This document shows, piece by piece, positions 1-14,642 of a stretch of DNA of 64,000 bases. The notes beneath the pieces were generated by a model. That model ran no database searches. It was not told the origin of the DNA and saw only the letters and a program-made list of their open reading frames with translations. A program made the position numbers and the translations under genes. Each line of letters opens with the position of its first letter. The stretch's first letter is position 1. Source of the DNA: Cycas panzhihuaensis (Eukaryota; Plantae; Cycadophyta); contig CM041465.1 of NCBI GenBank assembly GCA_023213395.1, positions 93,069,741 to 93,133,740 on the forward strand. The letters are read 5' to 3'.

Positions 1-3000
1 TACAATGAATTTTACAGCTAAAATCTACTGAATCTCCATATATCATTTGGTCATCCCCCATGTCCTTTTAGGTTTTCACAAGTTCTAATTTTCTAAAATG
101 ATACAACCCTTATCCTTTCATGCCCATAAGGGGTTTTTACAAATGGGATAGAGCAGAGACTTACTCTCATCCTTCCACGTCCATAAGAGATTTTCATAAA
201 TGAGATAGAGTATGATAGTCCTATTGTCATCTCCTTCAATTAGTTAGAGATGGAGGCCCTAAGGCCGAGTTACCTTTGAAACTATTCAAACTTCACCCTC
301 TTCAATGGTTTGGTAAAGATATCAACCACTTGATCTACTATGGGGTAGTACTTTAGTTGAATTGTGCTAGCATGAACTAGTTCTCTAATCTTATGGACTT
401 TCAGACTTATATGTTTGGTATAATTATGAAATATAGGATTTTTTAGCCATTTAGATTATAGATTGATTATTTACATGTAATCTATTAGAAATTATTTAGG
501 TGGTATTTAATGTATTTAATAATTTTCTAAGTCATATCACCTCCTTACTTGTCTTAGAAGCAGTAATATATTTAGCTTCAATAATTGAGTCTACAACTAT
601 CTTCTGTTGTTTGGATCTCCATGATATTGGTGTTGTTCTAAGAAATGTTATGTACCTAGATGTAGATCTTCCTCTATCTTTATCTCTGGAAAAGTTTGAG
701 TCTATGTGTGGATAAAGTTTAAATTCTACATTGGGTTCATATAATAGACTATATTTGCTAGTCATCTTTAGGTGCCTCAACACTCATATTACATCTTTCT
801 AGTGATTCTACTTATGATTTATTATGAATCTTGTAAGAATGTCAATAGAGTGTGTAATATCTAGCCTTGTGTTGGTAGTATAGATGAGACTACCTATAAG
901 TTGCCTGTAGAGTATTATGTTTGCCTCCCTAGTATCACCATTAGCTGAGAGTTTAACATTAGGTTCCATAGGTGTAGCTAGTAGTCGAGCACCTTCCAAC
1001 TAAAACTTTCTTAGAAGATCATTAATATATTTTTCTTAGGAAAAAGATTTTTCAATTCTTTTGAGTTACTTGAATTCCCAAGTAATATTTCATCAACTCG
1101 AGGTCAAAAAATTTAAAATTTTTAGCAAAGTCCTTCTTTAGTTGGCTAATTACCTATTCACTATTCCCTGTTATTAGCATATCATCTGCAAAGATTAAGA
1201 GGTAAGTGACCTTATCATTTTAGCACTTAATAAATAGTGTTGCATCGATATCTTGATAGTCACAAGCCTCATATCTAAGTTACCTTATTCTTTTAGACAA
1301 CCTAGTAAACTAAGTATTAGGGGCTTATTTTAGGCTGTACAATGATTTTTTGAGTTTGTAAACCTTATGCTCCTGACCGACAATCCCGTATCCTTCTGGC
1401 TAAGCCATGTAAATTTCTTCTTTAAGTTCCCCATTGAGAAATGTGGTCTTAACATCGAGTTGGTGGATTTTCCAACCTTGTTGTGGAGCTAAGCCTATAA
1501 GAGTTCTAATTATAGGCCACTTGGTTATAGGAGCAAACATTTCAGTGTAGTCAATGCCTTCCCTTTATGTGAATCTTTTTACTACCAATCTCACTTTATA
1601 TTTTTCTAGGGTGCCATCTAATCTATACTTGTTTTTAAATACTCATTTATTTTGAACTATTTTTCTTCTAAGTGGTAGATCAACAAGCTCCCATGTACCA
1701 TTCTTAGTAAGAGATTAGTACTCTTCATTCATGGAATTTCTCCAAGTTGCATACTTTATAACTTCTTAGTACATTAGGGGATTTTCATTAAGACCAAGGT
1801 GTAGTTCTATTGGTTTAAGCTCAACGAAAAATGATTCACATATCCTTACTCTATGGGCACTTATAGTGCCATCTTTGCCTACTTCATTTGGTTATATATC
1901 CTTGTGTAGCTGGTAGGCTTCACAAAAACCTTGAGTTGGAAATGAGGTTTTCATTTCCATAGCCTCTTGGTCTTAATTTTGATCATGAAAAAGATCATAT
2001 AAAATGTTTGACACATAGGAAGTTGATGATGCTAGAGAAAATGGGCTAGCCATTGATGTTAGAGAAGATGGTCCTTTTGCTATGGCTTTGCCTTTGTCAA
2101 CTTGGTTATTCTTAAATGATGGTTCTAGATGTACACACATTGGTTGGGAGTCATAACTTGTATCCTTTGGGGCTCTATTATCAGATTCCAAGACTTTTAG
2201 TAACTGTTGAGCATCTACCCCCCTAAATTTTAGAATTTGGATGTCAAATTCAGTAACATCACTAAATCAATATGAAGGAGTTTTAGAGTCAAGTATGAGT
2301 AATTGATCTTTAGTCTTTGCAAAGATAACATCTCTAGTGATGATGATTTTACACTATGAAGGTAGAAAAACCTTGTACTCTTTTCTTACCTATAGGGTAT
2401 CCAACAAAGATGCCTTTGAGGGCTCTATCCTTAAGCTTATTTCTATGTTCCTCTAGAATGTGAGCATAACATGTAGAGCCAAAAATTATGAAGTGGAAGA
2501 TAGAGGGGATTTATCCATACTAAATTTCATGTGGAGAGGGGTCGAACTTGGAGGGACTAACAATGTTGATGCAATACACGATAGTCCTGATAACCTCAAC
2601 CTAAAGATGGATAGGGATGCTTTTATATACTAGCATAGCACAAGCCATATTCATGATGGTTCTATTTATGCACTTAATAACTCCGTTTTACTGGGATGTA
2701 CCTATAATAATGGTATGATGCTTGATTCTATGTTGACGCAGGTATGATTCAAACTCATTAAACGTGTACTCACCACCATTTCCAGTCTTAAGTACTTTGA
2801 TCTTAAATTTAGATTCATTTTCCATGTGGGCCTTGAAAGCTTGAAATATAGAAAAAGCTTCGTCTTTCTTTGCAAGAAAAGTAACCTATACTTTCTTGGT
2901 AAAATCATCAATGAAAGTAATATAGTACCATTTTTATTTGAGAGAAGGGATATGCATAGGACTGCGTATATCTAAGTTTACAAGCTGTAAAGTTTAGCTA

Positions 3001-4800
3001 GATTTCCACTAACTATGAGGAAAGGGTTATCTTTGAGTTTTGGTAATGATACATGCTTCACATTTAAAGGGCTTAGAGAAGAGCCTAAGTATACCAAGAA
3101 GAGTGACATGTAGTTCTCTTAAACGATCAATTTTGATATGGCCCATATGAGTCTAAAGCTACTTGGGATAACTTTTGAGGAGTCAGGATTGTGGTAAAAG
3201 CAAAGTCATCATCAACATAGTTAGCTTTAGAGGATAGTGAGCTAGTTAGGCAAAAACGTTTTCCATTAAGAATTCTAGTCATAACCATATCATTTGAAGG
3301 AGGGTAAATGACATAAAGAGTTTAATTATTTATAGTTGCACTCACATCAAATCCATTAGAGAGAAGGGTAGACAGGGAGAGAAGGTTCTACTTCAGAGTA
3401 GGAATATATAAAACATCAACAAGGGTAAAATATTAAAGGCTTGGGAGTTTCAGGCAAATAGTTCTAAGTCCTTTGACTAACTAAGATGATTTGTTAGCCA
3501 TATATACAACACCATAAACTTCAAAGTCAAAATCCTAAAAGAACTGGAGATGACAAGTCATATGTTATGTTGCTCTAGTATCCATGATCTAAGATGAAGT
3601 ATTTGAGGTGACATTATTTGCAACTCCAAGTGGTGAAGGCAAAAGTCAATAAGCATAGCCACAATAAGCCTCAATATACTTAGTGGATCTATCAACAACA
3701 TTTGATGAAGTGGTCCCAATTCTTTGAAGGTATGTATAAGTAAATTATATTCCACCAAAAGCATCTTCAAAAGAAATATTATCAACATTATATGTATTAT
3801 GATACTGTTGATAGCTTGGTAGTTTGTTGGTGGCAATTCTATAATTTTTGGTATAGTGTCATTTTCTATTACACATTTAGCACACAATTATTTGATTTCT
3901 AGTCCCATAAGAAGTATTAGGCTAGTTGGATTGTCTCTGATTACCAGATCTAAGTCCAGGTTGATTATTTTGGCCTTGGCCTTAAGACTATTTTTATTAG
4001 AGTTGACGAGCCTGTGGACTAAGAGGATGTTGTCCTTATTGTCTACCTCTACCTCTTCCACAAGAATTACCATCTTGATGAGAGTATTGACCTTGATCTT
4101 TAGTATAACAAAGATCTTCTTCCACTTTAAAAGTAGCATCAACTAGATCTAATGTAGTGGAAAAGTTGGTATCAAAGGTTTTATCAAAGTTAATAAATTT
4201 ATCAGCAAGACCCTTAAAATTTAGGGTCTTTAAAGTGCCACTAGATTGAAGACTTCCTAGTAGATTTTTGTAATCTAGGATATGGAGACATGACTGAATT
4301 AAGAAAGCCCATGTAATGCATTGATTTTTAAAATCTTTATCAATGGCTTACTTGATTGGATGAAGGAGATTGATTGTCTCACTTGCGTATCTTTTTCATA
4401 TTTTTAATTTATTCATCTTCAGTACTAAGTGAACAAATTCTAAGTTTGATTTAGTATTAAAGTTCTTATTAAGAACTTAAAAAACTTTCCATACTGTATC
4501 ATGTACAGTTTCGTCATTAAGATTATATAAGGAATAATCAGTAACAAGAAGTGTCCCTACATGGATTTTATCATCATCAAGTTCCTATTGGCATTTAACT
4601 GCAGCTTCAATGGGAGTAGTTAGAACACCTCCTCCAGAAGCAGTCATGGTAGCTATAGTAGCAACAAATGGTATAAGTTGCAAGTGATCTCAACATAGAC
4701 CTTCATAATTTGTAGTATTTCTGACACCAATGAACCACATGTCCAAATTTTCTTTTCCTTTAAGAATGTAGTTTATATTTTACTTAAACTGTGAAGACCT
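1..4800 (-). mobile_element. Decayed Ty1/copia LTR retrotransposon (gag-PR-IN-RT-RH); start of 3' LTR at 229 running off the left edge
   Basis: Minus-strand motifs: RH PISWRSKQQKIVVDSIIEAKYITA and DQVVDIFTKPL; RT LYRQLIGSLIY and IHQLDVKTTFLNGEL; integrase around 2400-3000. PPT-like ATTGAAGGAGA (240-230) is followed by TGACAATAG at 229. Many stops and frameshifts; 5' LTR not found. Confidence 0.9.
111..220. repeat. Degenerate ~57-bp tandem repeat within the copia 3' LTR
   Basis: Two copies of ATCCTT..A.G.CCATAAG.G..TTT..AAATG.GATAGAG. Confidence 0.6.
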
Positions 4801-4980
4801 AATGTCTTTTGAGAAGGGAAGAAATAAACAAGGGACTATAAAAGTGATGGCAATAAATAACTAATCACTATTTATAAATGAGAGATGTAATAAAGTAGTG
4901 TAGTAGAAGGAAGAAGCAGTGAGAATGGTTGCTCAAAGATGAAAGGAGCAACTTAGAGAAAAGTCACCAATACTTGTGAC

Positions 4981-5092
4981 AAATATTAACCTGATGTAGC
5001 ATGAATATGAGAAGCACTATGATAAAAATGGGCTAATAACACTTATGGTAAATATTAACCTGACGTAGTAGGAATATGAGAATCACTATGAT
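4981..5092. repeat. ~69-bp tandem duplication in the copia leader
   Basis: AAATATTAACCTGA(T/C)GTAG...GAATATGAGAA(G/T)CACTATGAT at 4981 and 5050. Confidence 0.8.
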
Positions 5093-5639
5093 TGCAATTA
5101 CACTATGTATTACTTTTTATAAATAAGTAAGTGATTAATATATAAGATTATAGGACAATATGGAAGTTGATATCATTGGATGTATACAACTTAAAACTCA
5201 AATGTAGGATATATAATTAGCCCAATAATCCCTAACTTATGTCCAACATGTAGTTAAGGTTATTGAAGGGATGTCTAGGCTTCTAGAAGAATTAAGTTGG
5301 CCTTTACCCATGATACCTACAATTATTATTAGTGATGAAATCCAAGTCACAATGTAGCTGAGGTACCCTCAAATCTTAACCTAGTTTACCAATGAGCAGC
5401 TATATACCTCCTCTAATTATGGCACATGCATACCTATGGCTATGATAGATATTTGATTAGAAATATTTTAATCTTATATTAAAGTTTTAGTTTTCTTAGT
5501 TGGTTATCAAGATGATCCCTAATTGAGGCATGATGATATGGCTAACCAAACCTCTCCAATATTCTCATTCAGTCCAGTCCCAACTTGAAACTTACACCTC
5601 TTTTATAGTATGCCATTTTACCAACCAAGGTATCTCAAC

Positions 5640-5959
5640 CTTGGAGAGTATTTGAACATGTACAAGATGGCAAAAAATAATGTATATGATGTGTTCCTTT
5701 TAGGGAGGGTGAAAATATTATTGAATTTGTGTCAAACGTACATATAACTAAAAATAAAATGTTTGCTTGGAGTATCTTTAGAGTGCTTGCTTGAAATGAT
5801 TTGAAGTACTGAAATATAATGCTGATAAGTGAATGAGGATACCAAATATTACTCTGATCTTGGTGTTTTTTTACTCACTTTTACAATGGGCTTTTAAGCC
5901 TTATAAAAAGAAGGAAGAAAATTTCTTCACTTTTTTTCTTTTTTAATACAAAAAAAAAG
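5640..5959 (+). mobile_element. Possible 3' end fragment of an L1 LINE (RNase H C-terminus plus A tail)
   Basis: FREGENIIEFVSN resembles the HxxREGNxxADxLAN end of L1 RNase H; A-run at ~5950-5958. Confidence 0.3.
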
Positions 5960-6615
5960 TAGTCTTCACTAAAATAATAATAACTTTCTCCCATGATAAT
6001 GAAATTGAATACGAATTTTTGTACTATAAACTAGACTTAGAGCTTCATCTTTAAGAAGTGGAATCATGCCTAAATGAGTTTTGAAGAATTTGTGGTAATC
6101 CTATAAATTTGGCAAAATATATTTTTCCAAAATTTTTACTAAAATAATTGCTATTCACTAAAATAGCAATACTTTCTCATATGATTACAAAATTGGGTGC
6201 CAATTTTTATGTTGGAAACTAGACTTAGAGCCTCATCTCTAGCAATTAGAATCAGGTGAATTAGAGCTCTGTAGAAGATTTTACAGACATAAGTTTTAGT
6301 AAGTAGATTTTATTTTTATAAAAATTTTAGCTTGCTAATATCTCATCAATAGTTGATACCATATGAAATTTTTATCATTTTTTGATCAACAAGGTCTTAA
6401 TATGGGCAAAGTGAGAGTATAGAATTATGGATATTGTAAATGGCTCTAAATTCTTAGAAAATAAAAGGTATAACCTCCCTTTACAATCATTATTCTAAAA
6501 GTTATAAAACTTTTAACAGCATTTCTCCTTATTAAATGGACAAAAGGAGGGGAAAGAAAAGAAGAATGAGATATCATAAATGGATACTAAAGGATTGGAA
6601 TCCTTGGGCCTTACA
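5960..6615 (-). mobile_element. Tekay/Del-like LTR fragment
   Basis: Minus strand begins TGTAAGGCCC at 6615; contains two diverged ~190-bp-spaced copies of ACTTTCTC...GAAATTG...AAACTAGACTTAGAGC. Confidence 0.4.
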
Positions 6616-7708
6616 ACTCCTTATATTGTTCTTCCAAACTTGAAAAATAGAAAGGGAAAGTAAATAATACTAAATATGCTATGATAAAAACTTGAAAATA
6701 TTTCTAAATCCACATTCACAATCTCCTTCACCATATGGATTATGGAGGAGAAGGAAGTGATGGATCCATTTTAAGTACAAGTAAAGAATATGAAGGAAGT
6801 AAGCTCTAATACCACATGAAAAGAGTGGATCTATCCTTCATCTCTATGCATTAAATACAAAGGCAAACATAGGAGTAAGAGAGATTTGATAGAAAGAGAG
6901 TAGATCTCACAAAATAGGGAGGTAAGAATGAGCCTTCTCCATTGAGCTTTTACTTTTATATTGAGAGAGAGAGCATTAGAGTTAGGTGAAATAAAATTAC
7001 ACATAATATACATAAAAGTGCATTTCACTTAAGTGATCTAATTTAAAGTTCACTTGGGACCCTTTTTAGAAATAATCAACTAATGTAATGACCTTGTTAC
7101 ATTAACCTATTTTAATGGCAATAATTTATAAGACTAACAATGTGGAAATAAAGACTTGGGTAAAGCATTCATTCAAAGTGACTAATAAATTTAACAAAAT
7201 AGAGTTATGTTATGTGTATAAAATATTTAACTTAAAAGTAGACAAATTAACTAATATAAGCATACTCTTATATTAGGAAGAATTCATCTCAAAAGAAGTA
7301 GTTAGCTAAATGATATAGTTGTAGATGGATGGATCTAAAAATAGCGATTTCCCATATGAGATTGGGACTTAAATAATGGAATAGATGGATTTAGTACTTT
7401 CTTATAGTTGTTGTTAACTTTACGTGGTGGATGCAAGTTTATTGAATCTAAAGGTAATTTGGAATATGAGGGTCTTTATATATTTTAGTATTATTGATAC
7501 TAGTTATTGTTTGGTGTATAGTGTTATTGGGCATATCACCCATGAGATGCATTCAAAGGACTAAGATACTTTAGTCATAAAAATAGATATGATGGATACT
7601 AAAATGCATTAATTCATAAGGACTTACTTAACATGTACTTTAAGGTTACAAATGCTTTGTTAATAACCTAAGTGGGGCTAGTCCTTCTTTAAGGGTATAA
7701 AGTATTTT

Positions 7709-8126
7709 TGTTACATAAATGCCTATTATTAAGCATAACTAGTTAGTTCATATATGTAACAAAGGACTTTAGTGGTTAGTGATAATTATTAATCTTTGTG
7801 TGTGGGCCATTTAAATCTTCCAATAGAATTAGAGGTCATTTATCCCACTAATAATATTATACATAGAAATGCTTCTCTTGTCTATTTAAAGGTTGACCTG
7901 TTATAAAGTGAGGGTATTGCACATTATCGTTTCTTAAGAGATTATACTTCAATATATTTTAGTTCTCTTTTGTAATCTTTAGTGCCCTTGTATGATCCTC
8001 TTTTATGTAATTAGTCTCTATTTCTGATAATAAAAGTGTTGCATTTATTGTTTTAATATTAATGTTATATATTTGACCTTGTAGATATTTTAGTATGAGA
8101 AAGAACATTTAGATAATCACATCCTA
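7709..8126 (+). repeat. 5' LTR of the chromovirus
   Basis: Starts TG, ends TA (decayed CA), aligns by eye with 21139-21556, followed by the PBS. Confidence 0.9.
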
Positions 8127-8128
8127 AG

Positions 8129-8139
8129 TGGTATCAAAG
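8129..8139 (+). promoter_or_regulatory. tRNA-iMet primer binding site
   Basis: TGGTATCAAAG vs canonical TGGTATCAGAG. Confidence 0.85.
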
Positions 8140-9043
8140 TTAATTTTGTGTTCAAATTTAAGGGAATATAAAGATATAATTATAACAAATAAATAGGAAA
8201 TTTATAAAAAATAAAATTCAAAGTGAAATTTTTCAAAGCCCTCTCCCACATTTCTTTCTATTTTTTATTTTACAATAGTTCTATAATATTCTATAAGTAG
8301 GTAGTAAACCCTCGTACCTATTATCCTTTAGTTGTTAGCTAGAGACCTTATGTTAAGGGTCTATAAATATCATAGGGAACTATTATTCTTGGCCAAGGTT
8401 ACATGGGTATATGCCTGTGCATAAAGCAAAGTAGATCACACTACTTATGCAAGCCTCATATAGTACCTGACTATAGAAGTGAGCTTCCACATACCTTTGA
8501 GTATATAGGAGGACACTTTTAGGTTCCCATTCCATACTTAGTTTAGGTAAATTATTGATTACTTATCATCTGTAGCACACTAGTTAGTAATTAGTGCTAG
8601 GAAGCTACCCTTCTCGAACATATTTGCACATATCTCATGGCTATGAGAATGAATATTCCTCTATAGTTAATATCGTAAGATATTGAGTTAAATATTAATA
8701 TCAATAGAAAAGCTTATCAAATGACCTATAAACTAGGCAAATCTATGTTAGAGTCTAGTAGGAAGCCTAGTAACTACAATATTATTATATTACTAAGTTA
8801 TTGAGATTATTGTATTTCCACAAAGTGTTGTTAAAATGAGTTTACCTTAATAATTTCTCTAATACTAATAGCATAATAATATAATACTTATGTATAATAT
8901 AGTATCAATAGCAAAGTATTTGCTTATATTACAACATAGTAACAATACCAAAGTGCTTACAGGCTTCTTCCTATCCAAACCTTTAGTCCTTCTTTCTATC
9001 TAAAATTTTAGTCTAGAGTGTAGTCCTTGAGTCTAGCATACAC

Positions 9044-9047
<4 letters not shown>

Positions 9048-9126
<79 letters not shown>
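9048..9126. repeat. (AT)n microsatellite in the gypsy leader
   Basis: Uninterrupted AT dinucleotide run. Confidence 0.98.
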
Positions 9127-9130
<4 letters not shown>

Positions 9131-9599
9131 CCATCTTCTAGTCTATAAGGCCACTTTAGTAAATACTCATTTGATTAAAATGAAGCTTACACTAGTAGAC
9201 TTAATGCAAAAAATTTCCCCTAATCATTCATATATCTTATTTTTTATGTGTGTATCATAATGACAAATTTTTACTAGGTCTGTCTTAACTATTTGTTTCT
9301 TGACTCAATGGTATATAAAGACCCTATAGGCCCTACAACCTAAAATTTTCATTTAAAACTGACCTACATTATTCTGACAAGCTGTAAGCATTCATCATAG
9401 TACACTAGATGACTTTATTATAATTTTTTTAGGGGTTAATAGGTTACAGACACCTATCCCTCCTCCCTATATGCATTAATTCCCAATCCTTTAGTCTTAT
9501 TCTATCTATCTACTTTTCCCTCTTTGTGAATACCCTTCTTTTCACTCTATCCCTCTTTTTTGAATTCCCTTTATTTTACTTATAATAGTCAAGTTTATA

Positions 9600-12500
9600 T
9601 TTATAGCTCCCACAAAGGTAGATCATATCCAAACATTTGAAGTTTAGTATACAGAAATGAATTAGAACATAGTTGAATTATTTAAGAACCTAGTATGATT
9701 AGATTAATAAGCCAAGAACTCCAACAAAAAATAAGATACTTTAGATTAAAAGCTAGACAAGATACTCCTTTATATGGCATCCAATCCCTATATCTCAACC
9801 ACCTCTAATACATTAAGTCCCCCACCTCCACCTTATAACCCCACATCCCCATCATCAAGTCCCCCACCTTCACCTCATAATCAACATCCCTACCTATTGG
9901 TCCTTCCCCTCCACCATGGTAATAATAATTCTATTATAAAATTACCATACCAAGTTTTGATCTTGACCTTAATAAGGACTCTACACAAAGTTGGATCAGT
10001 AAGTTAGAATCTTATTTTTTTCTTTAAATCTTATGTTAATGGGAGAACAATTAACTTTTACTTCAATTCATTTACATAGAAAAGTACATCATTGGTTTCA
10101 ATGGTGGTAGTACAAAAACCTTTTAAATTAAACATAGGACATATTCTTAAAAAAAGATTGAGCAATATGTTGATACATAAAACTACTTTTTTTTTAGTCA
10201 ACTCACTCAGTTTAAAGAAACAACAACAATAGAGGCACATATAGATGAGTTCCAAGCTTTACATAATCAAATTTCCTAATAACCCAATCATTAGACTCTT
10301 ATTAATGCTTATATCTCAATATTTAAAGGGCACATTTAGATGCAACTAAAGGTTACCGACCTATACAACTTAAGAGATGTTATTTTAATTGAAAAAGTAG
10401 TTAAGGCTAAGTTTACCATAAAATACCCATCTGCCTTTCAGAGTAGTGACCCTTGGTATCGGCATTTCTATTTTTTTAATTAATACATCAATGTCCACAT
10501 TCATATGAGGTATAATATTTAGTAATAGATACTATTGCTAGATTACTATATATTCTATTAATAAATGTTAACAGATGACTCTAGGCTAGCCCTTGCATCA
10601 AGTGCTTGTAAAAATGGGGCCTTGGTCATGCAAGGGTATGAAAAGAAAAATGTATAGATTTTACTATTAATCTTTTTATTAAAGAAGATTTTGATACCAA
10701 AGATGAATCTGAACCTGATAAGTCTCTCTAAGAACCTTCCCCTCCTAACCCCCAAACTAAAGTCTCTTTATTAATTATTTCTTCTATGTCTTATCTAAAG
10801 CCACTTTATGTGAAAAGTACTCTTCATAAAACACCTATAATAATATCAATTGATGGTGGTGTATCATTAAATTTAATCAATATATCCTTGGATTATCAAT
10901 TAAATCTTTATATCATACTAAAACCTATATTTACTTGCTCCCTTCTAGGTCGTTAGATGTTACATTATGCAAAAATAATAAGAAACCTATATGTTCAAAT
11001 TAGTACCTTTCATTCAACCTCTAATTTTTATGCCTTATCTACATGAGGATTTGATGCTATTCTATGGTCCCAATGGCTCTAATCTCTTAGCATATATAAC
11101 ATGAATAACTCACCTAATAATTTATTCATAATATTTAAGGATCATATAGGTCAAACACATAAATTGTATGGCATTTAATCCCCCCCTAATAGATTTGTCT
11201 CTCCAAATCAAATGTGTAAGCATTTGAATAATAGTTTTGGCTATATTTTTTACATTAATAATATTCAAGCCTCCACTAATATCCATCCTGATATTCAAAA
11301 TCTTCTCAATAAATACCAATCTATATTTTCCCTCCTTTTAACTGCTCCTCCCCCAAAGAATGATTTTTACCATTCAATTAAACTAAAAACACCCCATGAC
11401 CTCATTAGCCTCTACCCTTATCAAAATTCTTATTTTCAAAAAATAAAATTTTAAAAACCATTGATGAATTAATTAGCATAGGCATAATCTAACCCAAAAA
11501 AACCCTATATGTTGCATCAATTATCTTGGTGCAAAAAAAGAATGGGTTATTTCCACTTTGTGACAACCACCTTAAACTCAATAAAATCATAATTAAAAAT
11601 AAAATTTTGACACCTTGAATCAATAAAAGAATTAATGAAATCCATGGGGGGCTCTATTTTTTCTTAATTAGACATTTAATTTAGTTATTATCAAATTCTA
11701 ATTGTTGTAAAGGATCATCATAAGAATACTTTTTAAACACATCACTAATATTTTGAATTTCAGTCTATGCTTTTCACCCTTTATAATGCTCTTATTACAT
11801 TTCAAGCTTTGATGAACAAAATGTTTATCCCATATCTCCATAAATCCATCATTATCTTTTTTATGACATTTTTATTTATAATCTAAACTTGTATAATCAT
11901 ATTTGACATTTAGAAGTTATCCTCCAGATCCTCACTCAGTAGCAACTTTATGCTAAGTTATCTAAATGCAAACTTAGCAAGTTAGAACTATAATATATAA
12001 GGTATATTATCTCATTAAATGGCATTTAGTTCAATCTGAATAAAATCTCAATCATTACTATGTGACCCACACCTAGAAATCTTACATTGTTAAGCACATT
12101 TCTTGAACTCATAAGATTTTACTAGTAATTTATTTGAAATTATGTCTCTCTTATGACCCCTTTAAAGATGCATTTCAATGGTCTTAAGAAGTAGAGTATA
12201 CTTTCATTAATATTAAGTCCATCATGATGTCCACCCTTTTCAATTAGAATGTGATACTTTAGGATTTGGCATAGGTGTTGTCCTTATATAGAGCTTTCAT
12301 CCAATTGCATTAGAGATTCATAGACTATGAATGTTGCTTACTAACATATCAAAAGGAGATGGGAGTTATTTTGCATGCTATAGATAAGTGGTGTTAGTAT
12401 CATTTAGGTTTTAAGTTCATTATTTTAATAGACCACCATACACCCATCACTTTATTGATGAGCCAATCATATCTAAAGAATAAGCTAAGTGGATAAATTA

Positions 12501-13553
12501 GCTATAAGTTTTTTATTTCACTATCTCATATAAAAAAGGAAAGGAAAATGTAGTTGTTGATGTACTTTCCTAGCTCCCAATTGAGATTTCCACTCATGAA
12601 CCTATTATTCATGCAATCTCTAAGCAATAACCATTATGGTTAATAGATCTAGCAACTAAAAACTAAGCTCAACTAGATTTTGTCCAATCAGCCTTTAAAG
12701 TGCACAATCATAAAGGTTAGTCCTTATATAACACTCACCTCTTGTACTATAATTACATTTTTATTCACCCTACATCATCCTTTATCCCATGTATTTTATC
12801 TAAATATTGTTCTACTTCCTTTTATGGTCACTTAGGTTTTGATAAAACTTATTATCGCATTCAATTTGATTTTTACTAGCCCCATATAAAATCCTCTATC
12901 CTTAGATTTACTTTATAATCCCATACTTATCAAATAAACAAAATTGATATAAAAGATCAACTAGGCCTTCTCTAGCCCTTACATATCCCTCAAGGCAAAT
13001 GGTAAGATATTTCTATGGATTTCATCATGAGTTTACCATTATTTGTTGGCCTTGATTTGATTATAGTAATCATTAAAAGACTCACTAAGTATGCATATTT
13101 TTTTCTAGTTCATACTTCTTATAAAGTATTTTGCCTTATCAATCTCTATATTCAATCTATTTTTCTCCTCCATGGATTTCTATCAATAATAGTTTATGAA
13201 CAATATCTAAATTTACTAGTACATTTTGGTAAGAACTATTTTGTGCTTTTTATACTTCATTTAATATGAGTTCAACTTACCATCCATAAACTAATCACCA
13301 ATCTAAAGTTTCAAATTAGACATTACATGCATACTTATAATGCTTTACTTTTGAACACTGGCACAAATGGATATCATGGCTAGATCTTACAAAATATTAG
13401 TATAATTCATCCCATCATTTAGTTGTATATATGTCCTTATCTATGGCCCTCTATGGATATTGTCCTCCATCTCATCATACTCTTATAACTAATCTTCAAA
13501 CTACTACAATCCAATAGAAACTTTAAGATATAGATCAAATTCTTCATGCACTT
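9600..13553 (+). pseudogene. Gypsy gag-pol (gag, protease, RT, RNase H, integrase core), disrupted
   Basis: gag WISKLESYF; protease IDGGVSLNLIN and FDAILWSQWL; RH LECDTLGFGIGVVL and KKGKENVVVDVLS; IN ISMDFIMSLP...IKRLTKYAYFF. Confidence 0.9.
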
Positions 13554-13991
13554 TGTTAGGAATATTAATGTTACCTTTTTGTCATGTCTTAAGTGTATAT
13601 TTAAGTTTCTAAAGTCTATTTTATAAAGTTTATGTTTAATAATTATTCATTATGTAAGTTCATTGAAATGAGAAACTGCCCATTCCAATGAACTTCTTAC
13701 TCCTTAAAAATCTCCTCCTAGAATCTAGGAGGTGGTTTGAAGTCTATCTAGAGGCTATCTAAATGAGGTGGGTCTAAAGGTCTAGTATGGAGGAGGTTTG
13801 TTTAGTCTCGCCAGGTTCTTATGTTCTGTATTTATCTTCTCAGCTAATAGATTAATTTCAGAGGTGGTTTTTCTTCCCCAGAAGGGGTTTTCCACCTTCT
13901 AAATCATGTGTATCTATGCAATGTCATTTGTTACTATTTTATGCTTTAAATTTGATCCTGTTGATATTGCATATAATACCTCTTCTCAATA
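13554..13991 (+). repeat. 5' LTR of the nested copia
   Basis: TGTTAGG...CTCAATA; about 90% identical by eye to 20174-20615. Confidence 0.95.
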
Positions 13992-14003
13992 TGGTATCAG
14001 AGC
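13992..14003 (+). promoter_or_regulatory. tRNA-iMet primer binding site
   Basis: TGGTATCAGAGC directly after the LTR. Confidence 0.95.
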
Positions 14004-14642
14004 TCTAGACGGTAATGGGTGAAACTTCAAGCTATGGCTTCTCCTTTCTAGGTAACCTAAGGTCCACATCATAAATGACATGGCTTCCTTAAAGATGGTG
14101 CCCTTTAGAGACTTTAATGCTTGAAGATCTGGCAGGAACTGCAAGAGCAGTTGGTAGAGTAGGAAAAATTATAAGAGCTGCTAAGGTACCTTGAAATGCT
14201 TGAGGCCAAAAACCTATTGAATTAGATAACTTACGAGAAGGATTATTAGAAAAAAGCCAATCATCTTATACCATTGAAATAAGCAATAGCAATTGGGTTC
14301 TACACATTCAACTATGGTGAAGTTAACAAATACTAAAGAGGATGAGGCTTGTTCTCATAGGAATACTACACACAAGGTTGATAATTCATCACAAGAGAAG
14401 CAGAGACATTGGCATGGAAAGAAGTCAGGTTTTCTGGAACGAAGTTTCACCATTAGTAACATTCTCATTTGTAGCTACAAGACTCAAAATGGGCATTGTT
14501 ACAGAAAATTTAGTAAAACAGTTCATGACCAAAAAGGGACAGCTAACCATCCAAACTGGAAGAAATCTAGAGCTTCAATTCTTGATTAAAAGGACCTACT
14601 GTGAGGAGAACCATATGGTTAAGATGATGAGGTGTTGTTAGA

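Noticed and set aside
5430-5460. GGCTATGATAGAT as a decayed minus-strand PBS for the first copia
   Set aside because: Several mismatches, and no adjacent sequence matches the 3' LTR at 1-229
9027-9260. ORF with an IYIYIY run
   Set aside because: Translation of the (AT)n microsatellite
14125-14180. RSGR/TARAVGRVGK resembling DEAD-box helicase motif VI
   Set aside because: Needs a frameshift and an extra residue, with no flanking helicase motifs; too short to call
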